Source: Wallemia ichthyophaga EXF-994 (lineage: Eukaryota > Fungi > Basidiomycota). Taken from it: a stretch of 248,000 nt of DNA. Below the pieces are notes generated by a model. That model was not told the origin of the DNA. It saw nothing but the letters and a program-made list of their open reading frames with translations, and searched no databases. Made by a program: the position numbers and the translations under genes. Shown in pieces: positions 149,752 through 165,900 of this stretch; position 1 is the first letter of the stretch, and each line of letters opens with the position of its first letter. The stretch covers positions 20,001 to 268,000 of the forward strand of contig NW_008806281.1 in NCBI RefSeq assembly GCF_000400465.1, given 5' to 3'.

Positions 149752-152700
149752 TTAAAGACATGAGTTATCGTAGAAGTTGGTTCCGTGTGTTGTTGGTTTC
149801 ACAACTCCTTGTCTGATAACGAAATCACCGAATCCCTCATTTTCCAGCCTCTCAAGCGCGTACTGCTTGATCAATGGGCTGAGTATGTCTAATATCTCTG
149901 GCTCGGTTACCGACTCCTTGAATGGCTTCGCCAATCGTGTTCCGTCAGATGCTCCACCCAATAACATCAAATATGTTCCAGGAGCCCTACCCACGAATGC
150001 TATTTCTCCCATCCATGGTCGAGAGCATCCGTTTGGACATCCAGACATTCTCATCACTATCATGTCGTTCCTCAATCCATTCTTCTCCATGATATTCTCC
150101 ACCTTTCCAACTAACATAGGCAAGTAACGCTCCGATTCCGCCATTGCTAATCCACAAGTTGGTAACGCAACACACGCTGATGAAGACAATCTCAATCCTG
150201 TATAGGTCAAGATATCTAACTTATACTTGTGAAGCAGGTTCTTTATCTCCTCGAGCTGTGAATCCTCAACATCTGAAATTATCAAATGTTGGTTGGCTGT
150301 GAGACGGAATGTACCCTTGTGAATCTTTGCTATTTCACGCAGCCCGGTCTTGTATTGAAGACCATCGATTTCATCTTGGATACGACCGTTTTCCTAAAGG
150401 ATCCAATTAGCATGTCTAATCTTGCAACACTAATACTCACAATAAACATGGTAAAGTGCCACTTTCCATCCTGACCCTGAGCCCATCCATACCTATCGAT
150501 GTTCGAGTCAAACTTGTATGGACGACTCTCTTCCAATTTGTAACCGAGGTATTCATGGAGCTTGCCAACGAATCCAGGTAATGTCAAGTTGTCGATGGTG
150601 TACTTCAGACGAGCATTCTTGCGGTTCTCACGGTTACCATAGTCGCGTTGAACCAACATGATCTTCTCAGCGACGTCGTTGATCTTGTTTGGTGGCACAA
150701 ATCCAATGACATCACCAAGACGTGGATATGTTTTCTTGTTTGAGTGTGTAACACCCATACCACCACTGTGAGCACTGTTAGCGTTTTCTAAAATCTTGTC
150801 TCAACACTCACCCTATCGCAACGTTGAAACCTTCAAGTTGTTGACTTCTCTCATTTACAATCGCAATGAAACCAACATCATTTGCAAAGACATCAACATC
150901 GTTGTGAGGTGGAATAGCAATAGCGATCTTAAACTTTCTTGGCAGGTAGTATGGAGTGTACAATGGCTCCTGATCGACGACAGATTCACCTGCAATCTTC
151001 TTGCCATCTAACCAAATCTCACGGTATGCTGAGGTCTGCGGCAAGAGGTGATCACTCAGTCCCTTAGCAGCTTCGTGCACAACAGCGTGCAAATGCGAGA
151101 ATGTGGGATTGGCCGATGCCAATACGTTTCTGTTGACATCACCACATGCAGCAATAGTATCCAAGGCTGTCTTATTGATTGCTTGCATTGTTGCCTTCAA
151201 GTTACGCTTGATCACACCGTGGAATTGGAATGTTTGTCTTGTAGTAATCTTCATCGACTTATTGGCATACTCATCACCAATCCTGTCAAATGCCAACCAT
151301 TGTGGACCGTTACAAACACCTGCTGGCATACGCACTCTAATCATGAAACTGTATGCTGGCTCCAGCCCTTCATTCTTTCTATCCTCTCTGATATCACGGT
151401 CATCTTGCATATAGGTACCGTGGAACTTGGTCAATTGTGTATCGGCCTCGGCGATAGCCCCAGTAGACTCATCCTCAAGTCCTTGTTCAATTGTACCGCG
151501 GAGGAAGTTGGATGCAATCTTGATGTGCTCATTTGTAACTGGTTCCGGTTCCTTTTCAGTGACTTCGACATCGTCGACACCTAACGCCTTCCACAGCTTT
151601 GGTTCCCAGATCTTGTAACCCGTCTGTGGACCATCTGGATCTTGGTCGTCACCCAATCCAAGGTCGGCAAAACGTGTAGCGCCAAGCTTCTCAAGACGTG
151701 CATCCAAGTCCTTTCCAGGACGATTGTAGAAGTGTGCATCTTCGATTCTTGGCCAATAGTGAGAGTCACCCATACCAAACACACTGAACTTGACGTCATT
151801 CAATGTCTTGAAAACATCAGCTTGTCCGAGCAAGGTGGCCGTGGTCTTGAAAAAGTTTCTTCCGTTTTGTGGTGGCTCACCCTGACCAGCTGTTGAAGAA
151901 ACAAAGACAACGTTTTTCTCGAGCTTCATATCCTCAAATGGGAAGTCATCCATAGCCAAAACTCTAGCAGCAACTCCGCGCAGCTTAGCGCGAGTAGCGA
152001 TGCGCTTAGCAACCTTCTCAGCGTTACCACCGTCAGAAGCAAACAATACGAGCAATGGTGGACCATCCATGTTACCGAGAAGTGAGTCCAATGCTTGCTG
152101 TGCCTTCTTCTTTTGAGCATCCTTCAAACCTTGTCCCTCTGAGCCAACAAGCTGTGGTGCAAGCTGTGGCTTGGATTGAACAAAGTTAGCTAAATGGTTT
152201 TGGCGATCGAGGAAGCTCTTGAGGTCTTCTTTGATACGCTCAGAGTCGAGTGAGAACATGTTGTTGGTTTCTTTTGCTGGGTTCCAACGGTATAACGGCC
152301 AGTAGCCAACGTCGACAGCTGCCTTTGTATCCTTGAGCATTTGAAGTGGAGTAGATTGCTCTGAAGTGTATGGCAAGTGAGCAAGGACAATAGATGGGCC
152401 ATCATACTTGTCAGCTTCCATCAATGCTTGGAGGACTTGGGTGTATGATGAGTACACGGCAACAGATGCGACGTAAACATCTCCGTAGTTCATTGCATAG
152501 AGACCAACATCCTTCTTGCGCTTTGATGGATCTTGGGCGTTTCTCTGATGGTATGGCAATGAATCAATAAGAAGAACGTTTATGTTCTTTCCAGATGCAA
152601 TAACTAATTGATGTCAGCAAAACTTTCAATCAATACTCGTATTCCAACTTACCATGGTGAAGCCCTGAGAATCCTACATCGTACGACCATGCATCAGATC

Positions 152701-154189
152701 CAATAATCCAACGCGATTGTGAAGTGAGCAAACTGGTATTTTCCAAAACATATCGGACCTTTGGATGAGATGGCTTTTCATTTTTTAAGATTTCAACGGC
152801 TGTGTTTGCAAGTGACTGGCTAACTTTCGAGTCATCTTTCTTAATAAGCCATTTTGAGAAAGCTTCGTGAAGTTGATTCGAAACACTGTTTGAGGAGATT
152901 AACTCAGAGATGGCACTAATGACGGACTCTCTCTTGTTGAGATTAGCGAGAGTAGAACCGAATGCAAACTCTGGTGAAGTAATGTCAAGACCCTCTGATG
153001 GTACTTGATCTGGCGAGTTGACAACAGCCAAGTTTTCACCAAAGATTTGTTCCAAGAGTTGAGTGTATGACTTTTCATGCTTAGGTACGTAAACATCGTA
153101 ATTTGCTTTAGCTGCCTCAGAGAGCTTTCCATAGAGCTGACCGTGCTCTGGTTGGTCCTTGTCGAGGTTGGAGTGAACAGATTCAACCACCGTAGCAATC
153201 TTGTCTTGACTTATAGATCCAATAACACTGGACGAAAGCTTTGGTAATTGCCTGTCTGAGGTGGTGAATGCACTGATCACGTCAACAAAAAGTGGAGCGA
153301 ATTGATCAACCTTTTTGGTAACTTGTTCGAGAACGGCAATACGCTCAACAGATGAAGGAATAAGATCAAGGAGTCGCTGATAGTCCATTGGACGGTAAGT
153401 GGTGAGTGCGAGAACTCCAATAGCAGAGTCTTTGTTGACGGAGTTGAGGAAGGCTGAAGAAGCAGAGCCAAAAGTGATAAATAAAGTGTTAGGATCTGAA
153501 GGACCAGAGTAAAAAGAGGTGCGTTGTGGTCTGCGTGTGGCGATGAGTGCCTGCAAGGCGATAGCATCAAAATTTTCGAGCTGCTTAGCAGACTTGTCTG
153601 ATGGTAAGTGAGAAACGCCATTAATACCGTTAGAAGGAGCTTTATCATTTTGGAGGAAGGTAATGATGTCTTGCTGAGAAATTTCACTAAAGTGGTCAAC
153701 GATGGAGGAATCTTCGAAGATGTGAATGACGGAGGAATTGAGCTGAGCAGCAAGCTTGGAAGCAATGAGAGAATGATCGTGAGCTTCAACTAAAGATGAA
153801 GAGTAGATGATTGGAAGACCGGAAGAGCGGAGGGTGAGTATATCGGAGAGGTCACCGGCTTGTTCAATAGACAAATTGAAGACGATTGGCTCATCGTTGA
153901 GTTGCTTAGTAAGAGTAATAATCTCGTTAATCATGTGTGGGTCTGCAAAGCCAGTGACGGAGACAGGACTTGCGCCATTGAGTGCGTGTCTAACGGCGGT
154001 GTCGATTGGCTGAGCTCTGGAATGGAGAGTGGCAATCACAGGATGATTTACAAGGCCAGTGTCATTTGCCAAAATGGAATATGATTGGTCGAATGAAGAT
154101 GGCTGGTTTGAAGGTGGCAACACAGATACCACTGTCTTCGAACTGAGATAAGTAATTCTACCAACCACCTGTGAAATTAAGGTGGCCAT
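149752..154189 (-). CDS. MET5: sulfite reductase beta subunit
   Basis: Flavodoxin [36 protein letters not shown]. Confidence 0.95.
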
Positions 154190-154529
154190 CTATATACTAA
154201 TTAGCTTTTCCTTTAAATTTCAAGCTTTACTCACTTTTGACTTTGTTGGTCCAAGTTAAAGAAGCGAGTCCGCCAATCTGCATCGATGATGTGCTTCGTA
154301 GTCGTCCACTAAAATTCTTCCGATTACAATTCAGCATTTTATTAAATCTTATTAGCTATCCCGTTGTTAATGTTTTTACACTTAATTCATCTCTCTCCCG
154401 TTCCTTTCCTCATCGGTATCGTCGGTATCGTCGGAATTTTAGTTGTGTTAGCCAAATCCGAATTCAGACGTGTTTCATCAATTGGTACATGTTGCTAATC
154501 TATATTATCCAATCTACACTTTGATACCT

Positions 154530-155100
154530 CAGTTTAAACTCAGAAACCTTGAAAATTTTATCAGTACTGTTCAATATCTCGATTCCGGCAAACTCACAGC
154601 AGTCACAATCAAATGGACATAAAGCTGTATCGCCACCTTTATCATCATCCATACCAAGCTCATCAAAGGTATACACTGAAAATCCGTCATCGGTCCTTTT
154701 TCCTGTGTATAAACGCGTTAAAAGAGTTTAAGCGTTTAAACCCTGACTCACGCCCACTAGTACCCCTAGAATCAGCAAAGTCGTCTTCTTCCTCGTCTTT
154801 CGGCTGTTTCTTCTGCTTTTCTGGTTTCTTGTCTACAGTACTCGAGCTTGTGTCGACTACAGTAATTGGTGACTGGTCCTCTTTGTCGCCTTTACCAGTA
154901 TTTACATCCTCACTAACTTTCTTTGCTTTCTTCGCCTTCTTCTTTGATGAATTTGAGTTTGGTTTGGACTGCTCTTGCTTCTTCTCATCACCCCGACTTG
155001 TACTACCGCCTGCGAATATATCATCGATCTCATTAGCTTTACGCTTCTTCTCTTGGTCGTTTCCCTTGGCTGACTTGGCCATTTCACTCTCTGTTATCAA
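154530..155100 (-). CDS. DUF1764-like small protein
   Basis: EIDDIF, FADSRGT, TDDGFSVY...CPFDCDCC. Confidence 0.7.
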
Positions 155101-155114
155101 CGTTTAACGGTAAA

Positions 155115-157185
155115 ATGGATAGGAATAACAGAATCCAAAAATTAACTTCTTCAAGATTCGGTCAGAGAGCTGCAAACCTTGCCAGCTCCGCAGGTACTTA
155201 TATCGCTTCAAAGGACTATCCACAGCTCGCGAAATCCTTTTACTCATCTGCATCACAAAACGCAAGCGATTTACTCGGATACACAAATGATCCTAACACA
155301 GTTATTGAGGGTACTGATACAATCACCGTCTTCCCAGGCTGGGCTGTCGAGAAAGCTGAAGAATCTGTATACAAACTCCAACTCAGCGGCTACGCGTCCT
155401 GTCTGAGAAGCATCGATAAAGCAACACGATCCCAGCGGGCTTTCATGAAGCTCGCAAGATCATTCGCTGCACTTCCCCCTCTCCCCAACACTACTGCTTC
155501 GTCACAGGAGACATTCAGCAGCGTCGAGGAGGAATTGGAGGAGTTAGAGGCAAGCAATATACCCAAATCTGAACAAGAACAGATTCAACTTGAGCTCAAG
155601 GCTGAGTCGGCTCGTACAGGTGGCTCTAATACTGCTCCTGGTCGCTGGAACGAACAGCCCAGAGTTGCGAATATGATGAAGCCTCAGCAACTAGAAAGAC
155701 AACAAGCTAGCGTACCAAGTATACCTCTTGAAAAGTTGCACACTATGCATGCAAATATGAGTGAGTCGCTCTACCACTCCTCAGTATGCCATCTTACGTC
155801 AATCTTCAGATAAGCGTCTGCAGCCATTCTGGTCCTCTATATTACCCAATAGAATCTTGAAACTCAACGTGTATGCTGTTTGGGGTACTCCTGTCGACAG
155901 GACGGTTGACGAAGTGCCCGAAGCTAAACCGGTCGCCACTACACAAGTAAGAACGAATCAACAAGGCCATTTTGAATATGTGTTTAACATAGTGGGTCGG
156001 ATACTAAATTTGTTTAGCTCTTCTTATAATTCACAGAAAATAGACAACATCCGGAGACCTTCTTGGGTTAAAGATCCATATCAAAAGCCCATAGAGCTGA
156101 AAATCCAGGTAGACCTTCTCCCTCAGATGCTTGACTACAGTTTACGCCCAGGCATAGTACCAACTCCTGACTCAGTTGCCGACGTAACAGCCAGTCAGAT
156201 ACTCCATGTAAAGCTGTCTTCCGATCGTGGCATACGAGTGATATCAGACCTCGACGATACAGTCAGGACGACGGAAATTTTCAACGGGGTCAGAGCCATG
156301 TTCCGCAACGTCTTTGTCAACGATGAAAAAGAAATGGTTATACCAGATATCGTCAACTGGTACAATAACATGTATAAGCAGGGCATAGCAGGGTTTCACT
156401 ATGTGTCTAATTCTCCCTATGAGGCATTCTCAGCAATTAACGACTTTTTCAATATTTCTAATCTCCCACATGGTCATTTCAAGCTCAAGTATTATGGCGG
156501 AAAGTCTCTGCTCGGTGGCTTGTGGGAACCGGCTGCGGAGAGGAAACGAGCAGGTGTGATTGAAATATTGAATGAATTCAAACTTTGCCAGTTTATTCTT
156601 GTCGGAGATAGCGGTGAACAGGATTTGGAGCTGTATTCATCTTTGGCGAGAGAGCGACCTAACCAGATACTGGCAGTCTTTATAAGAGACGTGACAACAC
156701 CAAACGACAAAGATATAAGTAAGGAGAGTACAGGGACGTCTTCTGAGGACGTGTTAATACCACCAGTCCCACCACCGCGAAGCACAAAGCCAGATCTACC
156801 ACCTATGTCACATATACCACCTATAGCACCGAAAGAAAACACTTGCCAGACGAAGAAACCCCCGCCACCGCCTGTGCCTCCTAAACCTTCACTCACACCA
156901 CAGACACATTTGGCGCCAAAGCTTCCATCTAGAAGTGAGACAACGCCATCGTCTTCAATTCGGTCGAAGCCATCATCTATCACTCTTCTGGGCAGTGACA
157001 GCGAACCAATAGAGTTTGAAGCTTATGACGCCGCAGAAGCAAAATTAATGAAACGCATTGATAATTTCATGATGAGATTGGAAAAAGCAAAGATGGAGAT
157101 ACCTGCGCAAGTCATCTTTTGCGTATTTAAAGATGCAAGAGAGGTTGAATCTATAACGGAGACCTTACTCGCAGCTCAAAGATAG
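155115..157185 (+). CDS. APP1: App1-like phosphatidate phosphatase
   Basis: VISDLDDTV, HYVSNSP, LVGDSGEQDLE. Confidence 0.85.
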
Positions 157186-157289
157186 ACTTACAACGGTTTT
157201 ATAAGCTAACGACATAACGCACAATTTGTATCTGTAGCAATAATTTATTTAATGTTCTTTGCAATTTATTTGAATGACGAATAAATATA

Positions 157290-158630
157290 ATAATACAATA
157301 GAGCTAAAGGTTCAACTAAGCTTCTTCGATTCCACCGACACCCAGTGCATATGTAGCTTCAGTTTCCTAGACAATATGAGCTTAATAATACATCGCCTCA
157401 TTATACTTACAGGTAAGTCTGGTGAATCTGACAACTTTGCAATGCGCTCGTTGCCTCTGCCTTTGCGAAGATAGATGCGTGTTGTGGATGCATGACCGAG
157501 AACGTGACCCCCGACAGGTTTTTTGTCGGCTGCTGCAAATGTCGTCATGGCGCCAGGATCAGCTTGTACGTGATTAGAGATAAGAATCGCGACGTTGAAT
157601 TCTTCAGCGAGTCTAATCAGACGTGTCAAATGCTATTATGCGACTACGTCAGCTTTGAACCACTAATCAGACTAACGACGCACCTGATTCAGTTTTTGCT
157701 GGCGCTCAGAAAGTTCCCCTCGGCCGCTGTAATCGGTTCTGAATAGCGCAAGAATCGAGTCGACAACGACCAGCTGAGAATCATGTCAATTTGCTACGCT
157801 AGCTTGTAGCTTTACTCACTCTGTAGATGCCACCCTCGTCAGCCATTTTAGCTGCCAGAGTGTTCAGCAAGTCCATCTGTCTACTCAAGGTAAGAGTTTA
157901 CATTAAATTAAGAGTCGCACATACTGCTCTGAATTGAATGCGCGCGCAACAGTGATATTATCAAGAGCTGCCTCCTCATCCATGTTAAATCTTGCCGCAA
158001 TTGACCTGATCCTGTCTGGACGGAAAGTGCCTTCGGTGTCAATGTAGGCAGCTTTACCACTAGCGCCGCCCATGTCTTGGGGCAACTGAACAGTAACGCA
158101 AGCAGTGTGGCAGAGTTGAGTTTTTCCTGTTCTGAATTCACCATATACCTCTGTTATGGCTTGTGATTGAACACCTGCTATACAGGTGGTGAGTATAGGT
158201 GCGAAAGACGACCAAACGCACCCCCAAGAATAGCGTCGAATGCTTTCGAGCCAGTGGAGATGTTGCATATGCTTTCACGCTTCTTAGCGACCTCTGCAGC
158301 GGTTAAGAAACCAGTCTTTGAGCACTTCTGAGCGGCTTCCTTGATCTTCTCGACTTTAACCTCGGAAAGACCCTAGCTTGATTGTGAGTATGTAGATAGC
158401 AGTTAGTATTGAAGCTATCTGCCTTGATTTTGAGCAATTGACGACGAGTAACTTGCAAAACGGCCATAACGGTGCTAATTCCGCCGTTGCGCAGTTTAGT
158501 GATATCAGCAGCATTGATATTGTACTGCTGGAGCGTATCAATGTGATCAAAAGTAGTCTCTGGTGCTTGCTAAGAGATGAGCGTTAGAGATGGAGATGAC
158601 TAGAGATCTTCAAAGATGCTCTACATTTTC
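157290..158630 (-). CDS. DMC1: meiotic recombinase Dmc1
   Basis: [46 protein letters not shown]. Confidence 0.88.
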
Positions 158631-158745
158631 ATTAAGAACTTCTGATTGGTCAACGACTGAAGGTGTTTGTGACATGCTTTGAATAATTTATTTCGTTTTG
158701 TTGGTGGACGTTGGTTATAAACCTCCTCAGAAATATACATCGAAC

Positions 158746-160329
<1,584 letters not shown>

Positions 160330-160419
160330 ATATAAAATCTGATTATGATTAAGTTATATGTGTATAAAATACAATAAATAATGCAAAAGTTAGCTTTCTA
160401 TATATATGGTACGTAAAGG

Positions 160420-161100
160420 CTAGGATTGACCATTTGTTTGCCTATATTCTTTCAGTATTTGATGCACGGCAACAGAGTTTCGAATGTTTTCATCAGCGAG
160501 CTTCTCAAAAGCTTCCGTGACGCGTTTATATGCTGCTTCTAGATCCGCTGTTCTGGTGGTAGTGTTGTTGGGAAGATTGAATTGACTTGAATAATTATCA
160601 TCATCATCGAAACCTCTCATACTCATTCTAGCAGGCGGTCGTTGTGGGTAGCCTTCTTGGGAATATGACGGGCTAGCTGAATGATTCATGTAGTCATCCA
160701 AAACAGATTCAGTCTGTCTGTCTCTATCTTTCATTTTGAGTGTATCTCGTCGATTGTCGATATCATCAAGTGCTTTTTCTTCTTCAGTATCGGTGACTTG
160801 ATCAAGCTCCTTTCGCACACGCTTAAACCAAAGCGGATCGGCGTTCTTATGTGCGTCTTTGGATTTCAAGAGATTCCGTAGTACTTCAATGTCGTTGTCG
160901 CTGTTCTCTTCAAATACCTTTAATTGTTGAGTATGGCTATGGTTGCTGCTCGTACCCTCCACTTGATAGTTGAGTTGATCTCTCTGATGCTGTAAAACCA
161001 GGATACGCCTTCTCATCAAACGCTCTCTACTGTCGAATTCTTGTAGAGTATCTCTTACGAGGACTGCAAGATTTTTAAGCTCGTTTGCATTAGGATAATC
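160420..161100 (-). CDS. hypothetical protein
   Basis: 199-aa ORF, coiled-coil. Confidence 0.5.
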   Translation of the reverse strand, partial: DYPNANELKNLAVLVRDTLQEFDSRERLMRRRILVLQHQRDQLNYQVEGTSSNHSHTQQLKVFEENSDNDIEVLRNLLKSKDAHKNADPLWFKRVRKELDQVTDTEEEKALDDIDNRRDTLKMKDRDRQTESVLDDYMNHSASPSYSQEGYPQRPPARMSMRGFDDDDNYSSQFNLPNNTTTRTADLEAAYKRVTEAFEKLADENIRNSVAVHQILKEYRQTNGQS

Positions 161101-161209
161101 TGAGCGTGATTGGGTTAGTTGATTTGTGGGTAAAGCTTATTAACGTACTAGCGAAATTATTCTTTAAAATTTCAATCTCCTTGCGAAGGTTGCTGTTCTC
161201 CTCAATCAC

Positions 161210-162894
161210 TCTCTTTATCTCCATTTGTTATGATGTGATGATGGAAAAGGTGGAACAAGGGAATATGTTCAGCTCATAACCATAACCTCTGCATAAATAA
161301 CAAAGAATCCTACCAAAGCTGTTATTATCAGTGGAAATATGTTCATCCACAAAAACTGCAGACGCGCTATCCTGATTCCTTTTGATTTCAGTATCTTATC
161401 CCATAGTAGCCCCGCTAAGCTAGCCGAGAGCGTGAATGAGTATGCACCAATATTGCTTCCGAAAGCTATACCGAGCATCCCTGCACGTACTGTTTTTGGA
161501 TTCCTGCTCGACTGAACGAGAACTTGGGACATAAGCACAGTTGCACCGATGTTAGTGCTGCCATTGCACAGCACTATCTCTATCAAACCCAATACCCACA
161601 CTGCCCGTAAAGTATCATCACCTATTGCTTTCTGTGCCCAACTGGCAAAGATGTCTATCCAGCCAACTGCTTGCAATGAGTTGACGAGAATGAATTGTGT
161701 GATGGCAAATGGTATAAGGGCGAATGGCAGACGGCTACCAACTGTCAACACGGTAGGAAATGACAGGTTGACAGTTCGCAGCCACCCAATCCTCTTCTCC
161801 ACCTTGCTCTTGAATTTGGCATGATGGCGCCAGTCATGTACCAGGTCTCTAACAAAGACAACGAATGCAGCGGGTATTGTAATCCAACAAACATGCATAC
161901 CTTCAATCAAAACGCTGCAAATGACCAATGAAACCAGTGTTGCTGTTAATATCACGCTGCTAAAGATTGCCCCAGTTCTATCAATCAAGACACTGCGAGG
162001 ATTGACCTCAGGTGCGCTCAAGCGAGAAGGGATATACACTTCGTTATCATCACGACTGAGTAATTTGTTGTATGGTGAGAATTGAATGAACAAAACTCCT
162101 AGCAATGCTATTGCAGAGAAGAAGACTGGTAAAATGAGATAAAGCGCGTAAGTGAGGAAGCTAGTAGAAGTTGTAGACGTTAAAACTAAATTGGTTGGAT
162201 TCGAAGGTGGGAGTACTGCCGATGCTAAGTTCGCCGCTGTGAACTGAGAGAACAGAAACGCGATTGGTGGATGGAGTCCAGTAACTCTAGTAAAGTAAGC
162301 CAGAAATGCCGTTCCACTTAATATAACTGGATCCTGTAAATATACACATAAGCGTCTGCCGAGATAAGGTCAAGAGCACTTACATTCCCGACGAACGTGG
162401 CTAGAAAGATAAAGAAGCAATAAAAGTAAGCATATAAAGCGTATCCAGAGTTTTTGCCTTTATTTGATACCCAAAATGCAAGATACTGGAGTAATCCCGT
162501 TGCATCGAGCGATAACGCAATATAAGCCTATGAAATCATAAGCTTTGATAGTACAAGGAATGCAATCAATAAACCTCACCAGTGACAAGAACAGTAGGAG
162601 AATATCATACGGCCTTAGATGAGTCTCATCGCCTACGAAACCGTATTTCAACTGCTCTCCACCGATGCACCTGCTAGCCAATAGCACGATGATGCAGAGA
162701 ATTGGAACGGTGTGAAGGTTTAAATAGATGCTGAAATTGTTGAAATTGATTTTGAATGGCTTCAGTGTAAAGAAATTGCTAATCAAGAAGAAGATTATGG
162801 TCACTATAGCCTCATACCTCATAGTTAAGCATGAAGGGACAGTCACGAACACAACGTCAAACTTGAAGTTACAATGCAGAAATTTAAAATTCAT
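161210..162894 (-). CDS. ArsB/CitMHS-type membrane transporter
   Basis: NDPIILSGT, LASAVLPPSNPTN, GSNIGA, SLAGLLW. Confidence 0.85.
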
Positions 162895-162972
162895 GCTAGC
162901 TAGAATACTATCGAGATATGCTAAAAAAAGAAAAAGAAAGTAAATCAGACATGTAAGATTAAAACTTGGTTT

Positions 162973-165900
162973 CTATGACAGCAAGAAACCTTTGCCTTCA
163001 CTCATTGCTATCGTAAGCTTTTGCTTCAATACATCCTTGTCGCTGTAATCGGGCAGCTTGAGATAATTGGCGCAAGTCATAACACTAGGAAGCGAGTCGT
163101 CCGCTTTGTACCCAGCTTCTGGCGACTTGCGAACGACAGTGAGCTGAGGATGCAGTCCTCGGAAGCCTGATTCAGAGTTAGCAATTACCTTTCACAAAAA
163201 ACATACCACTGACCTCCAATTGGCAACTTGGGAGAACCAGTGAGGAATTGCAAGAAGTCTCTACGAGCGACCTTGTCAAATTCAGATAAGGCCTCAATTA
163301 ATCTACGCAATGCTGGACTGTCATTGTTGAAACCATGGTCAGCCTTGATGACTTCGCTCAACGTCTCAGTCGTCCAATCTTCATCAGCATTGCCGAACAA
163401 GCTTGTGAGCTCCTCAGGTGTGAAGATCTTCATATCTTCAACGGACAATATCTTTGAGAAACCTTCCACAAATGCATCTACTTGCTTGGTCACACCACTG
163501 ACGAGAGTCGCGTCGATCACTTTATCAATGAAATCGCCAACGTTGTCGAGAGTAACATCGACATTTTCGCCTTTTTCGACCAACTGGTATTCAGGCTGAC
163601 CTGGTAAAGTGAAGTCGAGTGCGAGGTTATCAATCTTATCAGCTATTTGACCCTTGGACAGCTCTGTTGAACCAACAATCTTTTGCACTTCCTCGATACT
163701 CTTTCCGACCAAAGGATCTACAAGCTTGACACCTGCAACTGACTTTGGAATATTCAAACCCATAACCAAATTCATGAGGAGAGGGTTAAATGATATGTCG
163801 ATAATCCTAGAGTCGAGTAAACCCTTAGCGAGGAATTGACCCAAAATTCTGAACAACTTGATCCGCTCTTCACCTCTATCTGATTCAATTTCCTTTGCTG
163901 ACATTGGCATTGGGAAAAGACCAGTCTGTGAGTAGACATATGGTGATTCTGACGAATCTGAGCTTCCTCTCCACAACTTCAAGTCTTTACGTGCGAATTC
164001 TTTACTAACCAAAGAATAGAACTCTAACGTAGGTCCCAAGCCTGTTCCGACTTCTTCAAAGTATTCGATCTCTAATATGCTTGATGAGCCACCGTACAAC
164101 TCAAATACCTTGATGGCAGACTCCAACACGTATTCCCTGGAAATTCTAACCTTTTGTCTTTGCATCCTACCTAGATGAGATGTCGTAGGATCAATTCTAC
164201 GGCTGTCTGAAGATGTGCGTGATGCCTCGTTCTGCCACTTGGTAATCAACCTTGCTGTACCCCAGCTCTGTGCTTGTAAGAAAGCGTATCGGGTCTGGAA
164301 CGTAAAAAGGAAGGGGAATGCAGTTGGCAGGTCGATTGCCCAATCAGGAAGACAGGAACTGTGTTAAAAGTTAGGATTTATTTTCTCGTCAGATACCAAC
164401 GCACCTAGCTATCAACATAGGCTCTTCAAGTTGACGATTGAGCTTAGCGGTAAGCTTGTTGTTGACAAACGTCATCTCTCCAACACCAGTTTCTTGAGAA
164501 AGAGCCGCACCAGGTTGGTTGAGCACATTGACTTCTTGTACACCTGTGCACATAGCATGGAGAACTCTAAGAAGTTGAAGAATGAGAGCATGCTGAGAGT
164601 CTTGAGCGACAGATGCAGGAAGCTGTGACCACGTGTTTTGTACACTTTCAGACGTGATGGCGCTGATATTTGGCTTAACGTCATTCTTCTCTTTCTTAGG
164701 TACTGGTCCTTCCTTACGTCTAAATTTAAGAGTGTAGACGTTTGCGAAAACGTTTCTCGAACCAGCATCATCATTGTCATGTAGATTACTGTAGATGGTT
164801 GACCCCAGATCGACCTTTTCGCCATTCAACTCAAACTCGAGGTGGAAGTCGGTTGGCTTTGTCTTGAGTGCCGATGCGTAAGATCCTTTTGGTTTTGCTT
164901 CCTTGGTACCTTCTGAAGACTCAGGCTTCTTGGAGCTAGATTTGGATGACTTTCTCGCACTCGGTGAAGCTTCAGAAGCAACTGCTGGAGACGGTATACG
165001 CGTACCTTCAGGAGTCTTGGCTTCAATTTCCTTGCCATCATCCTTAACATCCAAATTGATGGTTTTCTCCTGGCCCAGTCTACCTTCACCCACCATGTCA
165101 GCTTCCATCTCATCGTCATACAACTCATCATCAAATTCATCAACGAATTCGCCTGCAAACGGATCATTTCTATCATTTTCATCCTCATCATCCTCGTGTT
165201 CATCATCATCCTCTTCCATAGCACGAAGCTCCTCCTCATCGATATCATCCTCGTCATCTTCGTAATTATCCTCATCATCCTCATCACCTTGGGCCGATTC
165301 CTTGCCCTTTCCTTTTGATTTGCTTTCCTGGTTTGATGCTGTCGGTGTACCAGACAAATCTTCCTTGGAGCTGCGACGGCTACTGCTCTTACTACTTCCC
165401 TCCTTTTTGTCCTTATTTTCCTTCTTGCTGGAGTTCGGTGAAGATGCATCTGCTTCTGGAGGAGGAATGCCGGTTGCGGCGGCAAACGCGGCAAGCACAC
165501 CAGAGAGTCTTGATGAACCACTACCACCTTTACCTGAAAGTCCATTAATGATTCTAGGACGTAAATAGTCGTTTAGAATTTGGAAGGTTGCAATAGCGTG
165601 AACAGAGACGACCATGGTAGGTTGCACCTTGCTTAACTCTGGATCATCAGCCACCAAACGCAGTCTGACTTGACGACTAAGTGCTGAGATCGGGCTACGG
165701 CGACTATCATCACCAAGATTTGATCCAACTGTGCTGACAGAAAATGGTTCCAATCTGCTGAGCGATTCTTGAAGACGTTTAACCAGAGATAACAGAGCAG
165801 ATGGCGAGCCAGGAATTTGTGATCGTCTACTTGAAAATATTTCAATTACTAATTTATGTCTGAGTGCTGTAGGAAGAGAATCGGTATTACCAGTAATGAA

